Part shown: positions 24,947-39,900 of the stretch, one piece after another | Position numbering within the stretch: position 1 is the first letter of the stretch | Layout of the letters: each line of letters begins with the position of its first letter | Assembly: GCF_040938485.1 (NCBI RefSeq) | Contig: NW_027271795.1 | Location: forward strand, 434,001 to 498,000 | DNA length: 64,000 nucleotides | Reading direction: 5' to 3' | Origin: Diadema antillarum | Lineage: Eukaryota | Notes under the pieces: generated by a model | The model's input: the letters and a program-made list of their open reading frames with translations, nothing else | Database searches by the model: none | Told to the model about the DNA's origin: nothing | Made by a program: the position numbers and the translations under genes

Positions 24947-27900
24947 ATGCCAATATTGGCCAAGAAGAAGATTTATACCACGCATTACTACGATGCCTTC
25001 AGTAAGTCGAAGAGACTCATGCGCCACAACGCCAACGGCATGCGGCCGACTTCGCCACATCGAAGAAACAACCCTCATCCACAATCGGTAACGTTCTTCT
25101 TTCCCCTTTCAGTTTTGTTTAGATGAAAAAGAAAAAAGAAATTATGGTGTATTGACTCAAAAGATATAAATGCTTAGACGTATAATCTAAGATCAGTTCT
25201 CACATCATGGCCAACTATTTATCCTCTCCCACTGTCGGGGAAAAGAATCGAAATCATACAAACCGTATCCAGTCAAGTTGCTGGCAACAGCAGAGACATC
25301 GATAATATCCACGTCTTTGAACCGAGGAAATGAATTCCTTAAAAAAGATAAATAACTCTTCCTCTGTTACACTCTTTGATGATATTACTGTGGAAATAAG
25401 TAGCAACTGAAACTGATGGAGTCGAAGCCACTGTTTACCATTGGGAGCTGGGATGAAAGAAAATCGAGTTATCGTCACATTCGATACATATAGTTCAGTT
25501 GGATCAAGGTATCTATAGTTGAGTTGTATCTCAAAACATCCTACCATATAAAATTCCGCAATAAAGCCTTAATATATACTCGTATATTAAAGGAAATATC
25601 ACAAATTTTCTCAATGAACAATAACTGTAGACGGTTTATTCTAGAAACGAGTTTAATAAAACAGTCTGGTTTAATAGTTAACATTGATTATACTGATTTG
25701 CACTTTTACATTGTTTGTTTTTATCCCTATCTCACATTTAAGAACTATTTCAAAGCACCAAAGCTGTTTTTTTTTTTCAATCTGCAAATGGGAAATATTG
25801 GCTTTAAAGTCAGCGCTTGATTGAAACAGGGATCGAGGTGTGAGAGAAAGTTGCTCTCACACTTCCGTGTACGAAAAAGCTTGCGCTCGCTTTGGTTAAT
25901 TTGTTCAATGATTCCCGCTACAATGCATATTGATGTGTTAGATTCTCTGCCTGCGAGACAGAAGATATGAAATGTAAATTGTATCCTGCTCTCGAGCTCT
26001 ACATGAACATGTATATCCTGAAATGATAAGACTTCGTTTCCATCATGGGCAAAAGTTGCATGATGTTGGTTGTACCCCACTAAAAATGATCTTTGAAGAA
26101 ATCCCGAGTCTTAAGATGTTGGAACAGGGTAAGGGATGAAGTTGGAGTTACGGCTTTGATAATAAATCTGGAAATAATAAAAAGTCTTAATATGTAGAGT
26201 TAGGGTTGGAGTTTGGGTATTACTCTCTTAGGGGAAACATAATATGGAACTCCTTCACTTGTTTGTACATGGTTATTGTGAGTGGAAATGTTAACCCCCT
26301 TTATTTTTTTTATGGCGGTGAAACGTGGGAACGTCACCCCTCGTGTCCACTCATTTCTAGTAAAATTGTGCTGACGCTAGTCTAACTGTTTTGTTTATCT
26401 CTCCACGTATCATGGCTAATGTTGCTCTTCGAGGAGTGAAAACATACAAAGTGTAGAATGAAGTCACTAAATATTTGGAGTCACATTATTATTTTGTTTA
26501 TGCCCGCGTCCTATACTGCTAGAATGTATAGAGATTTCCAATCGGCCTTTTTTGTCGAAAAGGATATTGACTTCAGGAGAATTCCAATTAAATTTGGTAT
26601 TATTATGAATCATATTAAACTGCGTCTTTATGACAAAATGCCATTCTACACTGTTGGCTACCGTAAAAAGTGCACTTGAATGGAACAATCATTGTTTGTT
26701 CAAATAAGATTTGCTATATAAAAATCTCAAACCAAAAGAAATGTTGAATTTTGAATAAGATTCGGATATTGAATGAAAAAGCAATGGAATTCAAAGTGTA
26801 ACATATTTTCAGGAAACGGTATATGTCACAAATTGTTGCAAGTTACCGTTCATAGAGGAGATCTCTCGGGTATGTAGAAGACAAACAAACAAACAAACCA
26901 TAGACTTTGTTCTGGTTGACAATTGAATAAAAACAGCCACTTCCACTTCAAAGACATCATTGCCATCAGGTATAACATCTCTGCAACAATTGAAGCGATG
27001 GATAATCATTTATGATTTCATTAAATGTCATTAATATTTGAAAGAAAAATAGCGAAAGTAATTATGTGCGCCACGACAGAACTAGAATACCCAAAGATGT
27101 TGGAGGCGCGTCCCTCACTGATCTGAAGAATAGAGTTGATCGCACTTTAGACAATAAAACGATGGGGTTTCAATGCTCACATCCAATGTTCATTCTTGTT
27201 AGAATCAGTGTGCAGGCCAGTTTACCTCGTACACCCCCTAAAAAAGAGGGGGGGGGGGGAGAGAAATGTCTTTGCCCGACATAGCAACAATTATACTGCC
27301 AGCAAACTGGGTTCCAAATATAAAGACGTAATATGTAACGGGAGCTGCTGCTCTCAATAGCTTGTTACTAGGTATACTCGGGGAAAATAAATTCTATTAA
27401 GCCACGCATTGTAAAGTCGACCTATTGGTTGACAATGGTTATTGATACTGTCTACCCTTACGTGTACTCTGACATTAAAATGCGTGTCCCGATGAGACAA
27501 CAGAAATAAGCTCCATTTTTAGTAGACGGAATATTGCTTTCTTTGTCTGCATTGATTGGCCTCCGAGGCTATACTCCAATGGACATAATCGGATATCTCT
27601 CACGAGACAATTGATATTACGCGATTGTATGAAGTTGCTTTGTGAGCATGCAATATCATTATCGTCCTATACATACATTTTCGCTTCGCTCCCACTGCAT
27701 GAGATGTGCGTTGAATCAATTTCGACTTTTGCTCTTATATCCTTATCAAGCCAGTAAAGACGATACCTTGATGACAATGCAATCAAAATGCCCGTGAATA
27801 TCATTTTTTTCCTTTTTTTTTCGTCAGCCTAATTATATAAAGTATTCCTCCGCTGGGCAAAAAAAAAAGAGCGACACCCATTCACGCGCATCAGAGGTCT

Positions 27901-30900
27901 TTCCATTGTGAGTCTTTATATACGCCTGCTGGACGAAACAAAAGGATGTGAAGAGGGCATGATGTATTGCGCAGCGTGCAAACATCAATCAAAAAATGTT
28001 GTCATCGATTTCATGTTGGTACAGGAACTCTACACCGTGTATTTGCACTTAAAACATATTATACCAGTCACCACTATCAAGTGCTTATAATCCCTCTGAA
28101 AGAATATGTGTACGCATATGTAGTCTTTATACCTATATTGACAAGTAGGTGGTGTCTTTTTAATCCTCAACATTGTAAACTTAAAGAAAATTACTATTTC
28201 GCATTAAGACTAGGAGAAGCCGTATCAATGTAACTGATGATTCCACTACAACAAGCCGTGATATTTGATGTAGGCCTATGTATTATGTAACATGCGCGCA
28301 CACCTCGCTGGCAAATCGCCTGTACAGGGAGTGTCATTGGTGCTCTTTGAAGCACAGGTTGCTATACAGCTCGATCGGGCGCCCCACCCCTCTCACACAT
28401 CCGGACGCACTGTATGAACCTGACTTTCATTTTCAAGCCAATTTATACAGGCTGCTACAGCCTTGTATTCCACATGCCTCAGTGAAGGTACATAATTATA
28501 CAACATAATCATGTTCATCCAGTGTGACGCTTCTTTGTGTACGTGTTATTTTGTTAATGAGGAAAGAAGGTCAACATCATACCACTTTCCCTTCTTGTTG
28601 GAGATCAGATCTATTGGGTGAAAGGGGGGGGGGGGCAACGGTGGTGCTGAAAGTCATTTGAATAATTCTGAGGCTTAAAATAGATATATAGTGTCCTTCC
28701 TTCCATGATTGAAATATCATAAACCTTGAATGAGTGGGTCTGTTGCTACAGGAACAGAGTGAGAGAGATAGAGAGATGGAGAAGAGAGGGAAAGTAAAGA
28801 GGAAGGAAAAGTAGAAGACAAAGTTGTTCCCGAGGACTGTGATGATGAAGGTTTAAGAGAGATATAGGGGGGGGGGATGAATTGAAGGGTTAAGAAGACG
28901 AAGGAGGAGAAAGATAAAAAGAGAAGCATATAGGCACAAGATGAGAAGAACAAAACGAGAAAACGGAGGAAGTATGGTCAAGACAATCTTACAAGACAAG
29001 GTGAGAGGAAAGAGAGCCAGAGGCAGACCAAAGATGAGATGGGAAGACAACATACGAGACTAGACAGACCTAAGATTGAGAGAGGCACAAAAAGAATCAG
29101 AGGAGAGGGAGGGGTGGAGGAAACGGGCTGCGAAGTCTTCTGTGGCGCCCCAGCGGTCTCCTTGACAACGGGATATGTAAGATGAAAGATGTAGGATACT
29201 CCAACGGCAACGGAGATGAAGGAGCATATAAGAACAAGAGCTTGTATCATTCCCGATCTCCGTGATTGAGATTTGGTCAACGATATTGTTTGAGAATATT
29301 CTGTAGATTGCATAGAGGTGCCCTATAAACAGTATAGAATCATACACATTCAAGAAGGTATACTACACTGTACGTGCTGTAAACAATCGTTTCGGGCTCT
29401 GTATTGCCCCTGCGCTCTGTCAGTTAAATTGTGTAATCATTATGGGTGTTTTTCATATCTTTTCACATTCTTTTGATATTCGACTTCTTCAAAGAACCAG
29501 TCGTAATTGGGCTTATTTTAGACCCTTAAATCTTGACATGGCTGCGTGGTTTTTGAGTATGGAATGTTCCCTTTATGAGCAAAACGTGTCTTGAGCAAAA
29601 CTGAAAATTCATGCTCGAGTAAAATGTTCTATTTTATTATGCCCATCGTAGGCGATGAAAGCAATGCACTTTAATAATGCACAATAATCAAGTGGTGTGT
29701 TTGCTTTTTCCAACCAAGTCTAAACCAGGAATTCACATCATAAACTGAATTGTTAGAATATAGCCAGTCACGATGATTGTTGTTACCATAACAACAGCTT
29801 GCGTGCTGGTAGCTGATTGGCCGTTGTCCAGATACCTATACTGCCATCGGAAACTGACGTATATTACTGCCAATTTGCAGAGCTTGTAAACTCCCCTATA
29901 AACTGGGACAAGAACATTTCAGCAATCAGGTTTCTCATACTGAATCTGGATCAAGTGAAAACACGACTTGTGTCAGTCGCATCTCTTCGTATCCATCAAT
30001 CATTCTATGATCCAGTGATGAATTTGTATTCAAGCAAACGCGCACTAAAAAGAAATCAATAAATAAATGAATAAAATGAAATCCACGTCTCGGGAGATTT
30101 GTTGTTTGAATCGCAAATGCAGGGATTGTCAGATTTAGCATTCATGTCACGATTGATACCAAACCTTGATAGCAGAGGGGAAAAAAATGTAGTCCGATGG
30201 TTAAAGCCATCACTCCTCTATGGTGTAATATATGTGTGAATGATGATAGCAAACTTCGGCGGATACAAATCCGTTACAACCCAGCAAAAGGTGCGAACAT
30301 TGGGAAATAATGCAAGTCTCGGCATTATTCACCCCCCTTTCAACCAGCAGCTGATAAAAGCTTTTGGAAATGTATCCAGCAAGGCTGCCAATAACAATGG
30401 CAGTATTAATGATTGAAAAAAAAAATAGATTAGAAAGTGGGAGAGAGAGGGGGGGGGGGAATAGATAAATAGATANNNNNNNNNNNNNNNNNNNNNNNNN
30501 NNNNNNNNNNNNNNNNNNNNNNNNNNNNNNNNNNNNNNNNNNNNNNNNNNNNNNNNNNNNNNNNNNNNNNNNNNNNNNNNNNNNNNNNNNNNNNNNNNNN
30601 NNNNNNCCAGACTCGCAGGCTTCGCTGCGGTAGGAAAATACAGAGAAATAGAAAAATGCGCGTGTGAGAGAAAGTATTTGCTATATAAATTCAAACAGAG
30701 AATGATTTTAATTCACGTTGGCAGCTACATTGAGTTCGTGTTCTTCATCATTCTTTTGTGAGTGTGTGTGTTTGTGCATGCTGCATTTTCATGTATGCAT
30801 TCTTCAAGTTCACAATCAATATTCCCGTGGTCAGACCTCGAGCCAGACGCAGTACCCCCCCCCCTCCAAAAGAAAAAAGAAAAAAGAGAGAAATAGAAGA

Positions 30901-33900
30901 AATAACCACCCCATCTCAGTTCTTCCGTGCCATATATGGTTCATGGTTTCATTTTCAGCCGATGTCAAACTGAAACGGCAAATATTGGAGGTAATTTGAT
31001 TAATTACGGTGCATGATGATTGAGCAACGCAACAATTAAACACAGAGGAGACTTGGATACTGCATACATACACACCAGGGAATGAATGTTTACTCATTAG
31101 ACGCTTATAAATGAATCAGTCTGCGTGTACCGCACAAAACAATGATGCCCGGATGCGAACGACATTAGACACGGGTGGAGGTCACGGCGAGGTGACTTTA
31201 ATGAATATTAATGAAGGTTGTTGCAGACGTTCCCTACATGCGCTTATAATAACGATCAAAGTGATTTATGTGTGTGTTAACAACATCCACAGGAACATAT
31301 GTCTGCAGGTATGTTAACACGTACTTATAAGTGTGTATTGCATATTCGATGCACACCAAAAAACATAGATTATCTTTTATGTGTCATTATTATGATCTTT
31401 CAACCGAAGAATTTTTGTCCGTCGTATAACTAGACTACCAATGATCACTGAGATTCCGAAAATACTGTACATTATGCCTTTCTGCACACTATTACAATCA
31501 CTTAAATATAAGTCATGCTGAAAAGTAGTCAAGTTATTCTATCAATTTGATTAATTTGATGTTAAACACACAAATCATCCCGTATCAGGTAAACTTGCTC
31601 TTATTTTGTGACTTATGCATCTTGCAGATTCGGTGAAAACACTGAATTATTAACGATAGCGAGTTCGATGTCGCTGACATGCGAAAACACTATAAACGAT
31701 GTTTTTTTCCAGTGCCATTATCTTTATTCGAATCTTTTCATTTTCCTTTTAAACAGTAATTACTAACAGGCATCGATATGGCTGGATATCCGTCTTGGAG
31801 TCCGTTTCTTTGTTTTAGGAAAATTGACCCTTGCTCTCACTAATATAGCAAGAACCATATTGTTTGTCTTTTTTGTGGGGGGGGGGGGGTGGGTCTCTTT
31901 ATAAAACCGATGACGTATTTTATCATCTCCGTTCAGCAGAGTCAGTTCTACAATAACTTTTGTTGTTGTTGACTCTGCCGGTAATTAGGATATCATGTAT
32001 TGTATGTTTCCATAGCAACGCGTCGGTAATAGCTTTCTCGATTGGTTGCGGACTGTTTGTCGTGCATGCGTGTCGGATGTGACACGTCCTGCTTAATGTA
32101 AGATGACTACAAAATAAACAGATTCAGTTTGGACGCTGAAACTCAAAGCTATTATATACAGAATCACCATTTACTTCTTTTATGATGCTGTAAGTGGTTA
32201 CATATAGAGTAACACTCAGTTCATAAAAATGCCGTTGGTGTTTTTTGTTTTGTTCTGTTTTTGGTGTTATTCTTGAGGCGGTGTCGCTCCGTAGCTAACG
32301 TTTGAGATTCTCCGTGACGAAAAGATGAGACTGCTCAATTCATAATGAGACAGATAACCACTGCATCACTTTGTCCCAGCTTTCGCGAGATATTCCATGT
32401 TCTTGTAAGGACAATAACCTTCTGTCCTGATGGTATAGTTGTCCATTGACTACATAAACCCACGAACTAAACAATTTGAACCACTCGTCCAAGACATACG
32501 CGATAATTGATATGTACATTAATCTTTGTGTATATACAACTGTAGTTGGCGCTCAACATATGTACATCGCAAGACTATTCCTCCCAAAGTGATGACTCCA
32601 GGTCTGCTTGACCAATATTGGAGGCTGTTCAATGTCAAGCTTGGCAAGATTACTCCCCTTTACTCATCTTAATACTATTTGATACTGATGTCCGTCACTT
32701 CTATTCGGTTTCAAGCTTTATTTGGGAATCGTACAGAGGTGATTATTGTTTCCAAAAAATCGGGAAAGCTTATTGAACCACGATCTTCTATCCCCCACCT
32801 TTAAAATTAGATTTCGTAAAAGCAAACTTCAGGCAGTCTACCATCTCCAACAGACATAATGCAACGCGAGATTATACGCAGGTGTTAAGCTAACTTTCAT
32901 CCGTTCGCTCAAATTCTTCGACCTTAATTCTTAGTCTTTGTTGTTGAAGCATGAGTGTCCAATAGATAGCACAAGTATAAAGTGTGATCTGAACAATACC
33001 GATGGTACACTAACAACCTCTCTTCTCGCAGAAAAAAATACGTGATATCCGATTAAGCCAGTTTTAAACGGTTTTAAGGCTTTCAGCTTTCAGTAATTAC
33101 TTGAGTATATGCAATAGCATTTCAAAAAAGAAACATTCTCCTCTTTGTGCTTCTCGTAATCTCCGCTCTTTCAGAAATCGGACAGATTATTAGTTAAAAC
33201 GGAGAGATCCTCAAGTTTTACGAGATTAAGAGGGCCGAAACGTCTTTAAGCTCACTGTGTGAAAGGCTGCTTCTAAGCACGGAATGATTTGTGGATCTTA
33301 TTCCCCCTTGCTGTGGACGCACATTACAAGTATTTACTGACTTCGAGATTAGAGCGCATGCGCACAGAGGCCCTTAGCAACAAGATGACGCTTTGGTTGA
33401 ACGGTTGAACGGTAGACAAAAATCTCCCAAAGTTGCTATTTTTTTTTCTCATTCTCTCTTCCTCTCCCCTCTTCTGTCTCTCTTTTTCTAAGATTCTCGA
33501 GCTCTCTTTCTCCTTCTCATCGAACGCGATATGGCATTACTGAAATACAACTGACAGGAATTTTGAGGAGTTATTCGGCCGGAGCACACACGAGCCCGAA
33601 GAAACAGGCCACGTACATGACAACGTGTTGGATAATATCAGAATAATTTATTGCGTTAAGGCGTATAGCGTATAAATCAGCGAATACCTAGCGGATACCA
33701 TTCTTATCAAGGACAACACGCTTATGTCTTGTAATCCTATTATATATGGCGATACACTTTGTGCGACAGTGCATATTGCTTAAAATAACCTTAATTTGAT
33801 TTTAAGACATTGTACTAGCTGTTACTGATATCATACATACACATGCATGATTTTATATTATATGTTTATAATACAGACACACACACAGACAGAGAGACAG

Positions 33901-36900
33901 CCAGACAGACAGACAGACAATGAAATGTTACATGCGCACCCTATACTGTTACTGTATTGTATTGTATTGTATTGTATTGTATTGTATTGTATTGTATTGT
34001 ATTTTTTGCCAAACCGTTTCTCTTGAAGACAGGTGAGGTAAGCGTATCGTAATATGTTTAGGGTGACAAACGACACAATCAGTTGGTATTAATCAAGCTA
34101 ATCGAATTGCACTTTCCCCCGCTCACAGTTTCTCGCATCAATAGCTAATTAATCCCTTCAGGGTCGCATTCATACAGATCAGATCAACAAATATATATTT
34201 TACCCCCTCTCATCTGAGAGGCCCACGCGCAGTTAATCTGAATTGAGTGATCTCAGAGGGAACTTGATCCGCAAGCACTTAGCTCGGGCACCATTGTCAT
34301 TCATGTTTCGCAAAGGTCATCAATATTCGGTGTATTGACATGATATAGAATTTCTCGCAGATCGAGGAGCAGAATGCACTAAAATGACGTGACGCGCGCG
34401 TATACTATAGCACGGCGTGGTACATTGCTTGCGATCAGGGTGTTCATGATAGGGGATTCGTCGTTTGGCAATTACTGCTGCCCTTGGGGACGACGCGCGT
34501 GAAGTCATGTGAATACATTTCAAGTCTAGTCTGCCTCGTTACTGACATAGATGGATAGACAGTATACATATGCACCAATTCTTATTGTTCCTGTATCCAT
34601 TCATTGTGATAAATGGGATTACATGGGTCTCAATAACTCCTACGCCAAATGGATATTTATCCTGACGCAACCGCGCTCGTATGAGCTTGGGCGCTGTAAT
34701 TGATTCCCACATATTATCCTTTTTTATACTGCAGGTGACAAAATGGAAATGAAGTGAATGGACAGGTAATAGATAGAGAGAAGCCAGGATTTGATATGGC
34801 TTCCGTTGTTTGGATGAGGCCTGATCGAGTTGATAGATTAGTATAGCTCATAACAATGACAGCACAATACATTAGTTATAACGTCAAGCAAAGCAGACCA
34901 GCTATAAAAAAGTACAGCGGTGTAGCGCCATGGACGTAGGCCTACCTACATGTCGGAGCCTGTATCGCTCCGAATGTGTTCAGAGTATTTTCGGCAAAAT
35001 GTTATTTTTTTCCTAACCATGCCATAGCTATCAATTCAAAAAGATGGAGATTCAAACTTTATGTGTAGACCATACAGGTCCGCTTTCTCCCGTCCTCATA
35101 ATAAACTGTACTGATTAATGATAAAGATGCATTCTTCAAAAGAGCAATTATCTATCATCTTTTTCGATTCTGTGTTTGACCAGGACTTCTTAGAGCCCAA
35201 GAATCTCAAGTTCCAGGATTCCCAGGTCGCCCTGCAGCACCGGGTCCAGAGGGCGGTCCAGGACTACGTACTAAAGTCCTTGGGAGAGGGCAACTACATT
35301 AACATGAAGCGGATCATGGAGCACAGGGAGTACCCACAACTCACCCAGTCCCTCCCCGCCAACACTACCAGGGACCCGCCCGGCGTCAGCGTGCATCCCA
35401 ACAGGGAAAGAGGTAATGAATCCGAGTTCATTCGAACTTACATCTTTTGTCATTCGACTAGACTTTCTTCAAGTACGAAAGCTTATAAGTGCCACCGAAA
35501 AGAAGAGATAATTCGTCGCCTTGTTGACCTTTTCTGGTTTGAGAATTAAGGTGAGGACCGAGATCTCAACTTTTCGACGTCCCAGAAGACGAACATCGGT
35601 CAGATATGTCAGATCTCATCTTCTCAACTTCTCGGGTAGGAGAAGGCAAGACGGTGTGATATTCAATCTCATCTTGCCCTTTTTCTGGTCCGGATTGTCG
35701 AGGAAGCAAGATCCCAGATCTAGTCGACTAGACCTCCCGGATCAGAGAAGGCGAGATGTGACTATGAGATTTCGTCTCCTTGCCTTCTGGACTTCGAGAA
35801 GACAAGATATGACATCACGCCCTCTCGCCTCTTCGGACCCGAGAGCTCGAGGAGACGAGCTCTCACAGCTCGCCTCCTCGGTCCCGAGAAGTCGAGGAGA
35901 CGAGCTCTCACAACTCGCCTCCTCGAACCTGAGAAGAAGTCGAGCTCTCACATCTCGCCTCTTCGGACCCGAGAAGTCGAGGAGACGAGCTCTCAGAACT
36001 TGCCTCCTCGGACGCGAGAAGAAGTCGAGGAGACGAGCTCTCACAACTCCCTCCTCGGACATGAGAAGTTGAGGAGACGAGCTCTCACAACTCGCCTCTT
36101 CTGACCTGAGAAGTCGAGGAGACGAGATCTCACAACTCCCCTCCTCGGACCTGAGAAGTTGAGGAGACGAGCTCTCACAACTCACCTCTTCGGAACCGAG
36201 AAGTCGAGGAGACGAGCTCTCACAACTCACCTCTTCGGAACCGAGAAGTCGAGGAGACGAGCTCTCACAACTCACCTCCTTCGGACTCGAGAATTTGAAG
36301 AGACAAGCTCTCACAACTCGCCTTTTTCGGACTCGAGAAGTTGAGGAGACGAGCTTTACAACTCACCTCCTTGGACCCGAGAGTCAAGGAGACGAGCTCT
36401 TACAACTCGCCTCTTCGGACCCGAGAAGTCGAGGGGACGAGCTCTCACAACTTGCCTCTTCGGACATGAGAAGTCGAGGAGACTAGCTCTCATAACTCGC
36501 CTCCGCTGACCCGAAACGGCCGAAGAGGCCAGGAACTACCACGTCTCTTCGATGACACTTATAGGCTTCTGTCTGAAAGGCCTGTAATATATAATTGCAG
36601 GAGAAGCAAACAGAGGATCATATCATACGAGACGAAGGCAAGACAGCAGTGAGAGGCACGTCTATAGTGCTGACGGCTTCGGCAGTCTTCGCTCACTACT
36701 GTCGCCGACAACATAAGGGCTTTTGAAAAGGGATATCCCTCCACCGATAGAGCTGTTCTGGGCTCAGAATAATGTGCAAACTTCAAAAATACTGATGAAA
36801 AGTGTGTGTGCATGAAAGGGTTAAAAGAAAATCAGGACGGGAAGGATTTTGCTATTTTTCGAAACGTATTAGATTATTGTATCATCTAGTCAAACTAGAA

Positions 36901-39900
36901 CAATCCCAGTATCATTTGCAAACCAAGTTAAGACTTTAATGTTTAATCCATGAAAACCTAAACTCGTGCCTGTATTTGCCCAGAAGATGATTGCTTAAGA
37001 CTACTGGATGTGCACGTGCTGATGTTGCCATTCATTAAGACCTGTAGACATGAAGAAGTCAGTAACATTTTACCTTCACAGACAACACAGCAAAGCCAGG
37101 CATCCTGAAATTTCCTGACAAATTGCCGAATAAAGATACAAAATAAAGATAGCTTCTACCACATGACGATGAGAATCATGTCGCTGACTGATCTCATGTT
37201 CAACTTTTGCATCTTTCTCCCAGGCGTACCTGTAGACAACTTTATTTCGTCGTCCCTGCAACTTCTTGAGCGCACTCAGCAAAACGACCGCCAGGAAGGC
37301 AAGAGGGAGAGTGAGTACATTGACTCTTTTTGAATTAAACTCGGTAGTACTTGGAGTTCACTTTGTGTGCAGGTGCTACATTCTTCATGTTTCTGCTAAG
37401 AATCTGATATGACGTCAAGTGAAATGAATACGGTGACGACATGACTCCCCTTTTACTCCTTCGTTCTCACACGTTTCCTCATTATACCTTTTCCTCCTTC
37501 TCCTGCTTGTCCTACTCCTGCTTCTACTCTTCCTTCTCTTCCTCCTCCTCACTCGCCCCTAACTCCTCCCCTTTTTATCCTTACTTCATTAAAATTGTCA
37601 ATACATTGTAGTGACATGTAGTAGGTATAGTAGTTTTAACAATAGTGGTCGTAGCAGTATGACTATGTTGATGTCATCACTTTCAAGAGTTGTAGTAGTG
37701 TATTATGTAACAGAGGCTATACTGAAGCCTCGTACCAGTGTTAAAAGTCATCATTATCCGCAGAATTCTATTCAATCATCATCTGCAATTTACTATTGGA
37801 AAGGACTGTTTGATCCTCACTTCGTTGTGGATCTTAAAAGTGTGAATGTACAACTTGTCACTCATGATGCTATATAGGGTTATTAATGACTTTTTAGTGT
37901 CCTCCTTCGTGGATATAAGAGCGTCTAGTTTACAATAATCTAATAATGATAGTCACAATACATAGGCGTGTTGTCTTTGTCTATGCTAAGGATTTTTTTT
38001 TTCGGATTTGGTAATTTTCGTGAAAACACTTTGAAATTGTGATAATCATGAAATTCCCTTCAAAACAAAGTCTATTGCTTTTGTTGGGGCTGCCATGTTA
38101 TCTTTACGATGACCAGACAAATTACTGTGTACCTCGGTTTGTGTAACAATTGATATGACTTCAGGGGCGGATCCAGGAATTCCGTAAAGGGGAGGCGCCT
38201 TTACAAAATGAAGGGGGGGGGGGCGCCCCCAATTTTTTCATTTTATTTATTCTATTTTAATAAAAAACAAAGAGGGGCGCGTGCCCGATGCCCCCCCCCC
38301 CCTCCTTGGATCCGCGACTGTGACTGATGTAGAATTGAGACCCGTTTATTAGGCCTGGTCCATGCTTTTATACAATCATATAGGAGGGAACCACTACAAG
38401 GCAGCCGCTAAAACCTACGGTGAGGTGCCGGGAAAAAAGCCCAGCTCTCCGACAGTGCGCTACCCGAGTCCCGTGCGCAAGCCCCTGGTGGACCTTAGCA
38501 TGGACGCGTCGAACAAACCGAAGCGCACTCACACCCCGCCCACGCCCCCGGCCAATGCAAGGCGGTCCAAGTCGGTCGCTTATCAGGACCAGCTAGCCGG
38601 AATCGACGCGGCGAGGCCGTCTCTGAGATCCAGGACGGCCCCAGTGCGGGTAAGGCGGAGCACAAGAACTCGTCAAGGACTAACATGCCATTTCATTCCC
38701 TCTTCTGCAGAACCATCTTTCGACTAACTCATATCTATTATCTAAACGACATGTTTGTTTCCCTCCATTAGTTAGCAATAAAACAGCAGAAAGTCAGAGA
38801 TGAATATGTAATCAGTATTGACAGGTGCATGGTCTCAATTGAATATAGCGAAAAAACACTTTAGATTCGTCAGAATTCAACCCAAATCACAAATCAAACC
38901 TTATTTGGCCAATACTTGTCATTGCTCACTTCAGTTTGGATATTTTCCTGGTCACTACTATCATTTCTTTGAAAGAAAACAACTTTCCTTACTCAGTAAG
39001 CGCCGTTTGATCGCTATGAAAAGGTGAAGGAAATTTGGAAGAAAAACACCCGCGCAATTCATTGCTCTTTGTTCAAACCACCGAAATAAGAAAGACAGAA
39101 AATAAACAACTCGAAGCTTAAAAGACCCCCGCCCTCCATCAGAAACAATCCAGTCGTTGTTTATTGAGTAGGTGTATTTTTTCCAACCAAGACTGAAGAA
39201 AAAACCATCACGAAAAAATTTTGGTAATGAATGTCGTCCATCTTGCAACACTGACATTAATCACGTATCCGTAGATGATTGTCATCATAACGCTGTTAAA
39301 AAAAATCTCATCACCATGCACAGGATGCAGAATGACAAACGGGTCTACGGTAAAAAGAAAAAGAAAATTTAAACAGACAAGCAAACAACCAACCAACCAA
39401 CCAACCAACCAACCAACCAAACAAACAAACAAACAAACAAATAAACAAACAGATAAAACTGCCTCACCTTGCCTCTCGAATTGCACAATTATTTTTCGAG
39501 AGAGACAATGGCAATCCAAATTCATTTTCACCCCTTATTGTAACACCCCGCTATAATTTTGAAGCTCCATTCCGCACAATGTTTCAATACAAGCTCAGTT
39601 CATATAACCGGAGGGCCAAACCCCAAAAAGTCGCTTACTTAACGAGTGAGTCGCACTCTCTCTACAAACTAAGTAGACCATGCTTATTTTCAAGTTTTTA
39701 TTGTAACAAACAACATTCCACTGGTCTACCTCAAAAAATTTGTTGCGAAAGCTTCCAAATCCAAGATGGCGTCCAAAATGGCCGCCATATTTACTGAATT
39801 TGTTATTTGAAAGATAGAATTTGATTGAAAGATCAGATTTCAACAAATGTGATGTCATATGAAAGAGAATAAAATTTTCTACAAGTTGATACCATTTTTG

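Noticed and set aside
28978-29313. Hydrophobic 111-aa minus-strand ORF as a membrane protein
   Set aside because: It is the antisense of the purine-rich RTE 3' fragment.
32300-32700. Protein-like fragment WRSTYVHRKTIPPKVMTPGLLDQYWRLFNVKLGKITPLYSS
   Set aside because: Its phase is incompatible with gene B's phase-0 intron and no partner exon was identified.
35521-36486. Long ORFs (183 aa +, 190 aa -) as protein-coding genes
   Set aside because: They arise from a 45-bp period tandem repeat that is open on both strands; no splice or codon evidence.
35835-36510. CRISPR-like array of palindromic repeats
   Set aside because: Units are contiguous with no unique spacers, there are no cas genes, and the context is a eukaryotic intron.
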